In this document: positions 13,105 to 26,489 of the stretch, piece by piece | How positions within the stretch are numbered: position 1 is the first letter of the stretch | Layout of the letters: each line of letters starts with the position of its first letter | Notes under the pieces: model-generated | What the model was told of the DNA's origin: nothing | The model's database searches: none | What the model saw: the letters and a program-made list of their open reading frames with translations, nothing else | Program-made: the position numbers and the translations under genes | DNA from: Stegostoma tigrinum | Taxonomy: Eukaryota | Assembly (NCBI RefSeq): GCF_030684315.1 | Contig: NC_081397.1 | Location: 4,278,001 to 4,342,000, forward strand | Direction: 5' to 3' | DNA length: 64,000 nucleotides

Positions 13105-13635
13105 GATGAAGAGAACAAAGAACAAACGGTAATATAGCACAGGAACTGGTCCTTTGGCTTTCACACGTACCCCCTTCCCCTTCACATTCAACCTGTGTCC
13201 CCCAGTAATTGACATCTCCACCCTGGGAAAAAGCCTCACAGTTTACCACAGTAGTCATGCTATTCACAATCTTATAGAAATCTGTTTATTTAGCCCTCAA
13301 CCTCCTGCATTCCACTGAAATCAAACCCAGTCTATCCAACCTTTCTGCATAGCTAAAATACTCTACACGAGGCAACATCCTGGTAAACCCTTTCTGTACC
13401 CTCTCAAAAGCATCCAAACCCTTCTGGTGGTGTGGTGACCAGAACTGTGTACAATATTCCAAGTGTGGCCTGGTTAAATTTCTCTAAAGCCGCAGCATAA
13501 CTTGCCCTTCGTTATACTCAATGCCCCGTCCAATGAAGGTAAGCATGCCATATACCTTTTTTACGACCTTACCTGCCTGTACTGACACCTTCAGTGGTCT
13601 GTGGGTCTGCACACCCAGCTCTCTGTGCATATCAA
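13105..13635 (-). mobile_element. CR1 LINE 3' fragment
   Basis: The reverse complement encodes a CR1 ORF2 C-terminus (RPHLEYCTQFWSPH-like) and the 3' tail. Confidence 0.75.
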
Positions 13636-13644
13636 TTTTTTTTT

Positions 13645-13905
13645 TCTTGATTCATTCACGGATGAGGGCGTCATTCGCCCATTTATGGCCCATACTTAAT
13701 TACCCAGAGGGCAGTTAAGAGTCAACCATATTGCTGTGGGTTTGGAGTCACAAGTAGGCAAGACCAGGTGAGGATGGAAATTTCCTTCCCTAAGGGACAT
13801 GAGTGAACCAGATGGTTTTTTCTGACAATCGGCAATGGATTCACTGTCATCATTAGATTGTTAATTCCAGATATTTATTGAATATAAATCCCAACATTTG
13901 TCATG
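13645..13905 (-). mobile_element. SINE-like interspersed repeat; related copy on + at ~22230-22550
   Basis: CAGTTAAG...TTGCTGTGGGTTTGGAGTCAC...AGACCAG matches the reverse complement of CTGGTCTGGCCTACATGTAATTCCAGACCCACAGCAG...CTTAACTG at ~22436-22490. Confidence 0.6.
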
Positions 13906-13909
13906 GTGA

Positions 13910-16900
13910 TCTGAGTCCCTCAGTGCTGAACACCACTGACTGCAGCACTCCCTCAGTGAAGCATTCCCTCTGCCAGGAGTGCTGCAGTAGGGGTGCTGCG
14001 CGGAGGGAGTGCAGCACTGAGGGAATGCTGCAGTAGCGGTGCTGCGCTGAGGGAGTGCTGCAGTTAGTGAGGTTCAGCACTGACGGACTCAGCACTGATG
14101 GCGGGGTCTCAGCACTCAGGGAATGCTGCACTGAGGGGTTTCAGCACTGAAGGGAGTGCTGCACAGTGCGGGGTCAGCACTGACAATGGATCAGCACAGA
14201 GGGATGTCAGCACAGATGGAGTGCTGCACTGAGCGAGCGCTGCTCTGAGGTGCGGGTCAACACTGAGGGGATTCTACAGAAAGGGTGCTGCACTGAGGGG
14301 ATGCTGCTATCGAGGGGCTGGTGGAGTCAGCACTGTGGGGGTGGTCAACACTGAGCGAGGGCAGAACTGTCAGCACTGAGGTGGGAGGGCTGAGCACTAA
14401 GGGAATGCTGCACTCAGTGGGGTCAGAACTGGGGGCATTCTGCACAGATTGGGGTAGCACTCAGTGGTGGGTCAGCACTGAGGGAGTGCTGTACTGTAGT
14501 GGGTCAGCTTTGGGGAGGTCAGCACTCAGAGGGGTCAGCACTGGGCAGGGGGAGGGGTGTGTTCAGCACAGAGGGAGTGCTGCACTGAGGGAGTGCGGCA
14601 ATGTGGGAGGGCCAATTTTCAGGGAGTACCGCACTGTCAGAGCGTCAATAATAAGGGAGTGCTATGCTGTAGAAGAGTCAATAATAAAGGAATTCTGCAC
14701 TGTCAGGGGGTTAATATTCAGGGAGTGCTACAGTTTCAGAAAGTTAATGTTGATGGGGGGCAGCGTAGCGTCAAGTGGCGATGGATAAGTGGTAAGTCAA
14801 GCGGCACTACTGAAGAGTCAGGACTGAGAGAAAACTACCCTCTCAGAGGGTCAGTATGAACGGATAGCTTCACTGTCAGGAGGTCAATCTACACAGTGCT
14901 CCAGCATTGAGGCTCAATATTAAGTGGCTGCTACAGTGTCAGAGGGTCAATGATGAGCATGTGTAAAAGTATTGCAGAGTAAGTACTGAGGGAGTGCTGC
15001 ATTGTCAGTGTCATCACTGAGTGAGCTCCGCACTGTCAGGAGGCCAATTTTTAAGGAGTGCTGCACTGTCAGAGGGTCATTACTGATGGACTACTGCACT
15101 GTCAGAACCGTCAGTCATCACAGAGGACTGCACTGTTAGGGGGTGAATGTCAATGGTATGCTACACAGAGTGGGGTCAGCAGTGAGGGACTGCCACACTG
15201 AGGGGAGTCATTACGAAGGGAAACTGCCATCTCAGAGGGTCAACAGTTAGAGTGTGTCAGAGGGTCAGTGCTGAGGAATTACAGCACTGAGAGACGCTCA
15301 GCCCTCCCTCAGTCCTGGCTCTCTGACGGTTTAGCTACTCCCTCAGATGTGGTACTGCCTCAGAACTAACCATCTGGCAACAAGGTACCAACTCAGAACT
15401 GACCCTCTCTTTGTTTTAACACTTCAAACATGAGGGTCTTCCTTTAATCATGAGGACGTTCAGCACTTCCTCAGTACTACTGCTCCCTCAATTCTTATCC
15501 CATTACAATGAGGCACTGCATTAGTATGGCCCTCTGACAAAGTAGCACAGCCTCAGAACTGACCCATTGATAATGAAGATTTCCTCAGTACTGTCCCTCA
15601 GAGTCTTGCTCTAACACAGCACTGACACTCCAATCCTGTAGCACTGTCTCAAATCTGATCCCTTTACAAGGAGGCAACAGCTCAGTATTGACCCTCTGAC
15701 AATTATGTACGCCCACAGATCTGACACTCTGACAGTGCTGCAAGACCTCAGTCCTTTCCCTCTTATGGTGAGGCACTTATTCAGATCTGACCCTTTTACA
15801 TTGACCTTCCTCATTGTTGACGCTGTCATGGTGCAGAATTCATTGACACTGACCCACTCCCAGCATGGCATACCCATAATACTGAATGTCTGACAATGCA
15901 GCATTCTCTCAGTATTGACCGTCTGACAGTATTTAGGGGAGTGCTGCACTGTCAGAGAGTCAGGACCCAGGATGACCTGCACTGTCAGAGGGCAAATATT
16001 AATGGAGTGCACGGGTCAATTTCAATGGAGTTGTGCAGTGTTACAAATTCAATATTAAGAGAGTGCTGCACTGTCAGAGGGTCAATAATGGGAGAGTGCT
16101 GCTCTGTGGAAAGGCCTGTACTGAAAGGCATCCACCCTGTCAGAGGGTCTATATTAAGGGAGTGCTGCACTGTGAGAGGGCCAATATGAAGTAAATGCTC
16201 CAGTCTCAGAGGGTCAATTTGATGGGAGCATATCTCTCTGACACTGTCTTATTGGAGGGTCAGTACTAACGTAGTGCTGCTCCGTCTGAGCGTTCGTATA
16301 AAGGGAGTGACGCACTGTCAGATGTTCAGGGAGTGCTGAAATGAGGGGGCGTCAGCACTAAGTGGGTGAGCACTGATTGTGTGCTTCAGAGAGTGGGCTC
16401 AGCACTGAGGGAGTCCTGCACTGATGGGCGGGGGGAGTCTGCACTGAGGGAAGACAGCAATGAGAAAGTGCTGCATGGAGTAGGGTTGCACTGAGCAGGT
16501 GCTGCAGTGAGTGGGGTCAGCACTGATAGAAAGCTGTACTTTTAGGTGTTCAATATTAGTGTGTCCTGCACTGTGAAAGGGTCAATATGACGGCAGACTG
16601 CAATATCAGAGAGGCAATGATGAGCGTATGCTGCACTGCTGAAGTGTTACATTTGAAGGGGTGTTCCATGGTCAGTGTCAATGGTAAGGGACCGTGGCAT
16701 TCTCAGTGTTATTGCTGAGAGAATACCAGGATGTCGGAGGGTTAATACTGTGGCAGAGATGCACTGTCAGAGAATCAATCATCACAGAGTACGCACTGAT
16801 GGAGGGTCAGTACTGAGGGAGTGTCTCATAATCAGAGGGTCGGTTGCCTGGCAGTGCTGGAAAAGCTCAGCAGGTCTGGCAGCATCTGTGGAGGTGAAAA

Positions 16901-18800
16901 CAGCATTACCGTTTCCTTCCTCAGAACTGTTCTGAGGAAGTTCCCCAGCCCAAAATGTTAACTCTGTTTTTCTCTGCACAGATGCTGCTGGGCCCGCTGA
17001 GCTTTACCAGCAACTTTGTTTTTGTTACTGATTTACAGCATCCACAGTTCTTTTGGTTTTTTTTTTGTCTGACAGTACTTGTTTGTTTGTGCACCAATCC
17101 CTCAATGTGGATGGAATGAACCGTCTCACGGGACAGAACCTCAGTTCATCAACCCCCACAAAATGGACCTCTCAAAGTCTGCCATATCCTTTGTAGTGAT
17201 CGTCGCAGCAGCTGCACTCCCTCAGTGTGGTCCCTCTGATAGTGCAGTGCTCCTTTAATATCAACCTTCTGAAAGCACAGCACATTCTTAATATTGGCCC
17301 TGTGACTGTCCAGCACTCCCTCAAAACTGATGCTCCAACAATGGAGCATTGCCTCAATACTGACCCCCAGTGTAACACTCCATCAATAGTGACACTGCAG
17401 CACACCCTTAATATTACCCCCTATCGGTGTGGAACTCCCTCAGTGATGACACTCTGACAGTACATCACTCCCTCTGACAGTGTTGCACACCCTGAGCATC
17501 AACCCACTGACAGTTTCAGTGTTCCCTTAATATTGATCAACTCACAGTGCAGCACTCCCCTAATACCAAACCCCTGAAAGTGAAGCACTCCATCAATCTT
17601 GGCTATTGACAGTACAGCCAACCTCAGTGCTGACCCTCCGACAGTGCAGAACTCCCTCATTACTCGCCCCTGAAACTGTAACATGCCTTTAATAATGACA
17701 CTCTGACAGTGTTACACTCCCTTAATATCAACCCTTCAACAGTGCAGCACTCCCTCAATGATGACACTGTGACAATGCAGGATTTCCTCAGTACTCGCTC
17801 TGCACGCCCCTACGATTGACCCTGTGACAGTGCAGCATTCCCTGAATATTGGTCATCCAAGAGAGTGGCAATTCCTTGATGGAGACACTCTGACAATGCA
17901 GTTTTCCCTCACTCCTGAGCTTCTGGCAGTGCAGCATTCTGTCATCACTGACTCCTCAATAGTGCAGCAACATGCTTCTTATTCATCCCACCGCCACAAC
18001 CCTCCACCCGACAGTGCAGTGCAGCACTCCCTCTGTACCGACTCTACAACATTAATATTGATCCCCTGACTGGTGGTTCCCTTTCATACTCACCCCCTCA
18101 AAGAGAAGCTCTCCCACATCTTTAACCGTCTGACTGTGCAGCACTGGCTTAATATTAACCCGCTACCAGTGTGGCACTCCCTTACAATTGAACTTCTGAC
18201 AGTGCACAGCTCCAAAAAATGATCCTGAGTGTTGCACACACTCAATATTGGCCCTCCAACAGTGTAGTACTCCCTCAGTACTGATCGTCTGACTCTCTCA
18301 ATATTGGCCTTCTGACAGTACTGCACTACTGATCCTTTGGCAGTGCCCCTTCATATCATTCTTCTGACGTTATCGCACTCCTTCAGTACTAACTCTCTGT
18401 AGGTGCAGCACCTTCTCAGGACTGATTCTGTGATATTTCAGCACTCCCACATCACTAAACCACTGACACTGCAGCCCTCCAACAGTGCACTATTTCCTTA
18501 ATATTGGACCTCTCATTGTGTGATACTCCCTCAGTGTCAAACTTGACAATGCAGCACTCCCTCAGAAATAACTCTCTGATTGAGCACATCCTCTGGACTA
18601 AACCTCTGAAAATGGAGCACTCTCTCATTACAGACCCTGACAGTGCTGCACTGCCTCAGTGCTCACTCACCACAAGTGCAGCACTCCATTAATAGTGGCC
18701 CTCCGACAGCGCGGTAATCCCCTAATATTGGTCCACTGACAGTACGGCACTCCCTTCCTACTGACCTGCTCGCAGTGCAGCACTGCCCTAATATCAAGCC
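13910..18800. repeat. Degenerate ~33-bp satellite (consensus ~CAGTACTGAGGGAGTGCTGCACTGTCAGAGGGT) with orientation switches
   Basis: Recurrent GGGAGTGCTGCACTGTCAGAGGGTCA on + and ACAGTGCAGCACTCCCTCA (its reverse complement) in alternating blocks. Confidence 0.9.
16850..17062. mobile_element. Fold-back element derived from a Penelope pLTR
   Basis: GCTGGAAAAGCTCAGCAGGTCTGGCAGCATCTGTG...TTCCTCAGAACTGTTCTGAGGAA...CACAGATGCTGCTGGGCCCGCTGAGCTTTACCAGC is self-complementary. Confidence 0.7.
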
Positions 18801-19599
18801 TGCAGCTCTGTCAGGTTGAGCAAGTGCCCCATTGTCAGCATGTCAATTCTGAGGCAGTGCACAATGCCCTTTAATGTATGGGTCATCATCAATACATAGG
18901 TGTCAGATTCTGCGCTGTTGATACGGACGTAGTTATCAAAATGGAACTGTCAGTTCATGCTGTGTGACAGTGGGAGGGTTATTACCAAGCTGATCCTGTC
19001 AGTTTCTGCTATATGGATATGTGAAGTTAGTAATCAAAATGAACCTGTGAGAATCTGCTTGTGAAAATTGGAGTGTAGTTATCACACTGCACCTCAGAAT
19101 TAAAAAAAAAACGGTTTATTTGAATGCAATTATAAAATTGGACCTGTGAAGTTACACTGTGAAACTGGAGTGTTATTAACAATCTGATCTTCTCTGTTGC
19201 TACGATGTGGATATGCAAGTGTAGTTATCATTCAGGTCCTGGTAGTTTGATATGTGAGCATAGGTATTAATTTGTACATATCAGTTTTCATAATGTGAAT
19301 TTGATAATGTTTTTAGGAAACTGTACATCAATACGTGAGCGTCAATCTGTTTTTGCCTCTTTCTACAGGGTGAATGATCGAGCAGAGGTAGCAACACACG
19401 CTTGTCAGTTTCTATTTGTCAATGTGGCTGAACTTTGGTAGCCAGTAACATTCTCTGAGAGGGTGCAATTTGTTATGTGGTAGCTGCTATTAGAATGATT
19501 TAATGCAGATTAGATTCAGTTCCTGAGTGTATATTTTGGATGAGTGTTCAGTCTCTCCATTTTCAAAGAATGGCGTAAACGTCAACAGGCTATGAATGC

Positions 19600-20745
19600 C
19601 GAAATGTGACGTTATTGACTTGGTCCCCGAGCTGGCTTGTTTTTGTTCACACGTTTTGCCACCATGCTAGGTGACATCATCAGTAGAGCCTCTGATGATG
19701 CAACATTATTCTCCTCTGCTTGGAATTTACACTGTCCAGTGTGTTGTGCTGAGTACTGTTATTTCAGTTTTGATCCGTATGTGTTTATACGTGGGGTCAT
19801 ACATGGGATCCAATTCTGTGTTTTTTTTTTAGATTCCCTACAGCGTGGAAACAGGCCCTTCGGCCCAACAAGTCCACACTGCCCCTTGAAGTATCCCACC
19901 CAGACCCATCTCCCTATAACCTACACATCCCTGAACACTATGGGCAATTTAGCATGACCAATCCACCTAGCCTGCACATTTTTGAATTGTGGAAGGAAAC
20001 CGGAGCACCCGGGGGAAACCCACGCAGACACGGGGACAATGTGCAAACTCCACACAGACATTTACCCAAGGCTGGAATCGAACCCGGGTCCCTGGCACTG
20101 TGAGGCTGCAGTGGAGAACCATCTAGGAACTCCTGTACGTGTTTGTTAGGCTTAGGCTGCTACGGTTTCTTTATCCAACAAAAGCAAAAAGGTGCTGAAC
20201 AAGCTCAGCAGGTCTGGCAGCATCAGTGAAGGGGAAAACAGTTAGCCTTTCAGGTTCAGTGATCTATCCTCGGAACAAGTTACTGCTAAGCTGCAGACTT
20301 TGTTTTTTGCTCCTGATTTACAGCATCCACAGTTCTTTGGTTTTATTTGGTTACTTTGTCCCATTTCAACTGATGACCTTCGTTGTCTGAATCTATCACA
20401 TATTCAGACAATAAAGGCCATCAGGTTAATATGGAGACAAAGTAACCATGGTTGCCCAAGCCAAACACAGGCACACACAGGAATCCCTAGAGGCATGGTT
20501 TTCCATCCATTCTTCAATCAACAAACACATAGAATCGGACCCCATATATGAAAACTCAGATCAAAACCAGAAATGACACTGCTCACCATAATGGACCATA
20601 CAGTATAAATTCAACTCAAGAGTGGAATAACATTGACTCATTGGAGGCTCCACTGATGTTGCCAATGAGCACAGTGTTTAACTGTATGGAAAAAAAAGCA
20701 AGCCAGCTCAACAAGCAAGTCAACATTGTCCAATACCTGAGCTGC
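19600..20745. mobile_element. Penelope family B fragments in opposite orientations around a SINE and a pLTR fold-back
   Basis: 19600-19820 resembles 46435-46640. 20410-20745 resembles 4690-4930 on +. Confidence 0.55.
19832..20113 (-). mobile_element. tRNA-derived shark-type SINE
   Basis: The reverse strand has a B-box GGTTCGATTCC, a GTGTGGAGTTTGCAC core and a CR1-like tail (GAAGGGCCTGTTTCC). Confidence 0.9.
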
Positions 20746-20948
20746 AGATCTTTGCCAAAAACATTAAATGCTGAAAGTTGTTCAAACTGGGCAGGTGTGC
20801 ATTGTGAATGTTGGAAAAAAAAACAAACTTGTATTTCCTCAGTGATGTTTGAACAAATCTCACTGGAAATTGACCTCAATGTGTGTCTGACTCAATCTGC
20901 TCTGTGACTGTGGAAACAATGTTCTCTGCTCCGACAGCAGGAACATAC

Positions 20949-21030
20949 CTTCTGTTTGTTAGATGCAGCTATTCACACTTGGCTTTGTGCCGAGGGAATA
21001 TTACTCTCTCTTAGTCACTCAAGTATTTGC
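20949..21030 (-). other. Exon-like cassette, copy A (82 nt)
   Basis: Minus strand reads CTTCTGCTTTCCTCCAG|GCAAATAC...ACAGAAG|GTATGT. Paralogous to three other copies. Confidence 0.5.
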
Positions 21031-24000
21031 CTGGAGGAAAGCAGAAGAGCGCCCTCCTGTAAATTAACATCAGCCAAGTTTGATAATATTTCATTGATCA
21101 ATGCAATGTTCAGTTAATAATCATTACAATATTTCATTTCAAGTCAGGAATCTTAACAGAATTGGGTGTTTGATGCCACTGTTGCTCTGAGCTGCTTCTT
21201 TGTCTTGCGATTTTTCTTTTTGTTAATTCCATACCAATTGAGTGAAGTGCAGACACTAAGTGTCTAGATCCACAAATGGGACTACACAATGCAAGTGTGT
21301 CTGTAGATATGAGTTTTTGTTGATCTATTCATGTCTCACACAAGCTGAGCCTTTGTTAAATTACTTATGTATTCACACAGCAGAGACTGGCAGGGACCTA
21401 TGAGATTCTGCCCTGCGTTTATTTGAGAAGTCATCAAACTGTACTTGACTGTGGTTTTCTTTCCCCTTTGTGAATATGAGAATGTCGTTGTCAGTTTTTA
21501 CCTGACTGTGTGTGATGTGGGAATGTTTGTGTCAGTTTCTGCAAGGTGAGTATACATATCCATCTGAGCCAGTCGTTTTCTGCTATCTGAATGTAGGACA
21601 GTAGGCTTCAATCTTTGCTTCTCAGTTTCTGCTATGTCAACATGTGAGCATGGTTTTTCATCTTTACCTGCAAGTTCCGAGCTTTGAACGTGTGGGTACA
21701 ATTGTTAACATAACCCTGAATGTTTCTGCTTGTAAAAATGCAACCATATTCAGCCAATCGTACTTGTCATTTTCAGACATGTGAATATGAAAGTCAGACT
21801 GATAACTACATTGTCAGTTTCTGTTCTGTAATTGAGTGTGCTTTTCAGTGCATACCAACCAACTTCTGTCGTGTGAATATGATTGTCATTAACAATCCGA
21901 ACCTTGTCAGTTTCTCCCCAGTGAATATTCTTGTGTAATTATCAGATTATACCTGTAAGTTTCAGCTGTGAATTATTCACTGTTAATTCATTCGTTATTA
22001 CCTTCTGTCCATCAGTTTCTGGTTTCTAATGTGTGAGTGCACCTAAGGTTTGTATGTGTCAAATATTGCAATGTCAATTTGTGCACACAGTTATCAATCC
22101 GCTCCTGTCAGCATCCTTTGTTAACATCAGGGTGCGGTCATTAATCTACTCTGTCACTTTCAGCTCAATGGATTTGAGAGTGTAGTTACCAATCCATAAC
22201 TGTCAGGTTCCAGTGTGAATGTTAATAGAAGAGGCAATAGTCTGGTAGCATTATTGTTGGACTATTATTCCAGAGAGCCAGATATTATTCTGTGGACCCC
22301 GTTTCAAATCCCATCATGGCAGACAGTGGAATTTTAATTCAGCAATAAACTAAGCAAAAAGTTGACTGACAATTCTCCACGAAAATAAATCTGATCCTCT
22401 AACATCCTTTTGGGAACAAAGTCTACCATCCTTATCTGGTCTGGCCTACATGTAATTCCAGACCCACAGCAGCGTGGTTGGCACTTAACTGCTTTCTGTG
22501 CACAATTAGGGGTAGTCTGTGACACACACATCCCATCAATAAATTAATAAAAAAAATGTTGGAATGTAGTTATCAATCTGTCTCTGCCAGTCACTGTTTT
22601 GTTAATGTGATGAAAGTTATCAACCTGTACCTGTCAATTTCTGTAATGTCCATATATATCAGCAGTTATTAATTTCTACCAATTTTTCTTGGTTTACGAT
22701 GTCACCAGAGAGCTGATCCGTACCTGTTAGTTTCTGCTCAGAGTGTATTTATCAAATTGTTCCTGTCAGTTTCTGCTCTGTCAATCTGAGAGTGCAGTTA
22801 TTAATCTATACCTGTCAGTTTCTGCAAGGTGAATGAGGGGGTTCTGTTATGAACATACACCATCAGATTCTGCTCAGAGAAGTGAGAGCAGTTATCATGC
22901 TGCCACCATCAACTTCGCTCTGTAAATCTGAGTGCAGTTATTCATCTGCACTTGTCAGTTTCACGTTTGTGAATGTGAGTAATGTGTTCTCTCCCCATCT
23001 GTTTCTTTTCCTTGAATATCAGTTTAGTTATCATTCTATCCTTGATAACTAATCATACATTTTCTCAGCTAGGGAGAGCTAGGGAACTTGGGGAAATAAA
23101 TATGGACGTCTTCAAAATAGTCCGCATGACATTAACAGGAGTTGTTAGAGGCAGCAAGAGTAAAAACACAAAGTGGCTAAATCGACAGGACCCAAACAAG
23201 TTTTTGTCGATTTTCAGGATATCAGGATTTTGTGGGAAGCTGTGTTGATAATTTGAACAAATGACATTGTTTTCGTGCTTTCTTGTAATATTTCGAGGGA
23301 AGGATCATCCCATCCCTGTCACATATTGCAATACGAAGTGTGACTATGGTCATCAAATGTGTACACTCAGTTTCTGTTATGTGAATGCGACAGTGCAGTT
23401 ATAAATCTCAGTTTCTGCAGTGATAATGAGAGTGTAATTATCAGTCTGTCAGTTTCTGCTATATCCATATGGGTTTAGTTGTTATCAGTACATGTTAGTT
23501 TCTGTCATATAAATGTGAGAGTGTCACCAGCCTGCCCCTGACAGTTACTGTACTGAAGGTGCGTGACTGTAGTTACCAAGCTGTAGCTCTCCATTACTGC
23601 CATGTGAATGAGGGTAGTTGTGCACCTACACCTTGGCTTTCTAATGATCAATGTGTGAGTGTCGTTGTCATTTATATACCTGTTTGGATTTGCTTGTCAA
23701 TCTGAGTTTAGTTATCGATCTGTACTTGTCAGATTCTGCTGAGAAAGTGTATGATTAGTTATCAAACTGTACCTGTCAGTTTAAACAATGTGAAATCGGG
23801 AGTTTTATTATTAATCTGTTCCTGTCAGTTTTTGCTGTGCGGATATGATAGATGTGTTATCAAAAGTCATCAGTAACTGCCATGTGAACATCTGAGTCTA
23901 TTTACCGGTCAGTCCCTGTCCGTTTCAGCTCTGTATCCGAGTGTGCAATTATTAATCTGCAACTGGTAGTCTCTGCTACATGACTATTTCAGGGCATTTA

Positions 24001-25469
24001 TCAAACTTTCCCTATCAGCCAGTGAGTGTGCTGTGAATGTGCTTCGCAATTTGGACTTGCCAGTTCCAGTGCAGAAATGTAAATAACAATTTCTCCTCGT
24101 CAGTTTCTGCTGTATGTGTTAATGAGTGGAGTTAGAAATCTGTACACATGTTTGTACCACACAAATACAGGTACAGATGTGACTCTTTCTCTGTATGTTT
24201 CTGCTACGTGAATATCTAAGCATGGTTACCAATCGGTACATGCCAGCTGCTGCTTTGTGAATCTGTGAATTTAGTTGTCAGTCTATGCCTGTCAGTTTCT
24301 GCTTTAAGAATGTATGAGTGCAGTTATCAACATGTACCTGTCAGTTATTGCTCCATCTATTTGTTTTGTGCAATGGATTGTGTAGAAGCAAAAGGTTTTG
24401 TAACTCCAACAGTGCAGAGTCTAACTGGGACAAGTTATCAAGGGCTGTTCATCAGGATAACATCAGCTTTTCTGACTGCATAGTAACATAATTCTGTGAG
24501 TAATGCTGTGGAATAGACAGATGTGGAATTCCTTCCTTCGAGTCTAAAGGAAAAGGGCAACGAACAAATCAACTGTATTCAGCTGAATGACCACAATGTT
24601 CCTTCTACAGGGAAGGGTATTGGCTAATTCACTTCATTATTCTCATGAATATTACATAACCCTGCTCTGTGGCGTGACGGTGCACGGCAGCAGCAATACT
24701 CTTATGGTGTGCTGTTGTGGGGATGAAGAAAGCAAAAGGACTTGTATTTTCTGTCTTACAGTGGAGAAGATTTAAACTTATTGAACATGGTCAAACTCTT
24801 TGCCAAAAATAATTGACAATTACAAGATTTAGTTAAGTAGATCATTCTTCATTGCTTTAAATGGTGATTACATCATTAATGTGAAGAAACAGCATTCTTT
24901 TTACGTGCTTTTTTTTGTAATTTCATTGGGAGGGGCAAGTGACACAAAACTGTTTAACCTCGTTGCCAAATTCACTTCCATGCTTCCCCACCGACGCCCC
25001 CAGACCCAAAAAGAAATTTTGCAAGCCAGATGGAAAATACGGTTTCTATTCCTGAAGGTGAACATGTTGAGGATCACGTTGTGTTGAAGTTGGGGTTGGC
25101 AAATCGTATACTGCCATGGCACACTTATTGAAATGGAATGCTGGCTGAATGGGATCAGAATTGTCAGGTGCTTGTTTTTGTCTACGATCAACCTGATGGG
25201 CTGACAGGTCTTTTATTCTGTCCTGTGGACTCCTCCTCTGCTTATATTAAAAAGCCGTAAACATTTTGTATGTATCCACTTGTTACCTGTAGTGTGTATA
25301 GGTATCATTGTTGTTAGTTTTTGTATGTTATGTGTTGATACAAAGAGGATATTTGGGACTCAATCTGAATCAGTCAGCAGCTTTGTGTGTGTCTGCATGT
25401 GCTCAGTCATGATTTGCTACTTGCCAGTAACACTACTTGTCACACGTGGTTGTTGAAACTATGTAACAT

Positions 25470-26455
25470 GATGGCTTTCTATGAGGGGGTAACAAGGTGC
25501 AGAGCTGGATCAACAAAGCAGGTCACGCAGCAGAGGAACAGGAAAGCTGATATTTTGGGACTGTTAGAAACGGGGGAAGAGAAAGAAGAGAGAAGTGAGG
25601 AGATGATGATGAAAGGTGCATAAGGACCAGATAGGTGGAGAGAAGATGGACAGGTCGAGGAGGCAGGGCTAGAGCCAGTAAAGGTAAGTGTAGGGAGGGA
25701 GTTTGGATGTGGGTTGGTCAGTTGAGGGAAGATGGACTGGTCAGGGAGGTAGGGATAATACTAGTAGGCCAGAGGTGCAGGTGTGGGTTGGTCAGTGAAG
25801 TGGGAGGAGCAGATTGGTCAGAGAAAAGATGTACAGGTCAAGGAGGTAGGGACCTGCTGGATGGGTTTGTGGTGGAGTGATTTTGAAGCTCACATTGAGA
25901 ACATTGGGTTGCAGGGCTCTCAAGCGAAATATGAGGTGCTGTTTGTGCAGCCTTCCGGTGCAACACTGTGGTACTAGAAGCAGCGTGGGATGGATATGTT
26001 GTCCAAGGAGTCGAAGGGGGTACTGAAGTGGTTCACAACTGGGAGTTGCAGTCATTTGTCAAGATGCGACCATAGGTGTTCAATAAGCAGACTCCAAGCC
26101 TCCGCTTGGTTTCCCCGATGTTGAGGGGGCCACATCGGGAACAGCAGATACAATGCAACGCATTAGAGGAAATGTAGATGAACATCTGTTTGATGTGGAA
26201 GGTTTTCTTAGGGCTTGGGATGGGGATATTTGGAGAGATGTCGGGGCAGGTGTCACACTTCCTGCTGTTGCAGTGAAAAATGCCAGGGTTGTGGGGCTAG
26301 TGAGAATGTGGAGTGGACGAGGGAGTCAGAGAGAGCAGTACCTCTGGGAGGCAGAGAAGGGTGGGGAGGGAAAAAAGTGTCCTTGGGAGTGGAGTGAGAT
26401 TGAAGGTGGCAGAAGTGGTGGAGGTTCATGCCTTGAATGCGGCTTGATGGAGTGA
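25470..26455 (-). mobile_element. Older Penelope-like element fragment
   Basis: HLIFRLRALQPN motif, degenerate GETKRRL, and a pLTR-like start. Confidence 0.8.
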
Positions 26456-26489
26456 TACTTGATGTTAAGAGGATACTGTCGTTATCTCA

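Larger units (their letters stand above)
18900..24350 (+). repeat. Degenerate ~47-49 bp satellite (~AGTTATCAATCTGTACCTGTCAGTTTCTGCTGTGTGAATGTGAGTGT), interrupted by other elements
   Basis: CCTGTCAG recurs at 49-bp spacing (22762/22811, 23772/23821, 24288/24337). Blocks lie at ~18900-19500 and ~21450-24350. Confidence 0.85.

Noticed and set aside
13910-24350. Satellites as CRISPR arrays, and Cys/His-rich ORFs within them as zinc fingers
   Set aside because: Units are contiguous and degenerate with no unique spacers and no cas genes. There is no C2H2 spacing or TGEKP linker.
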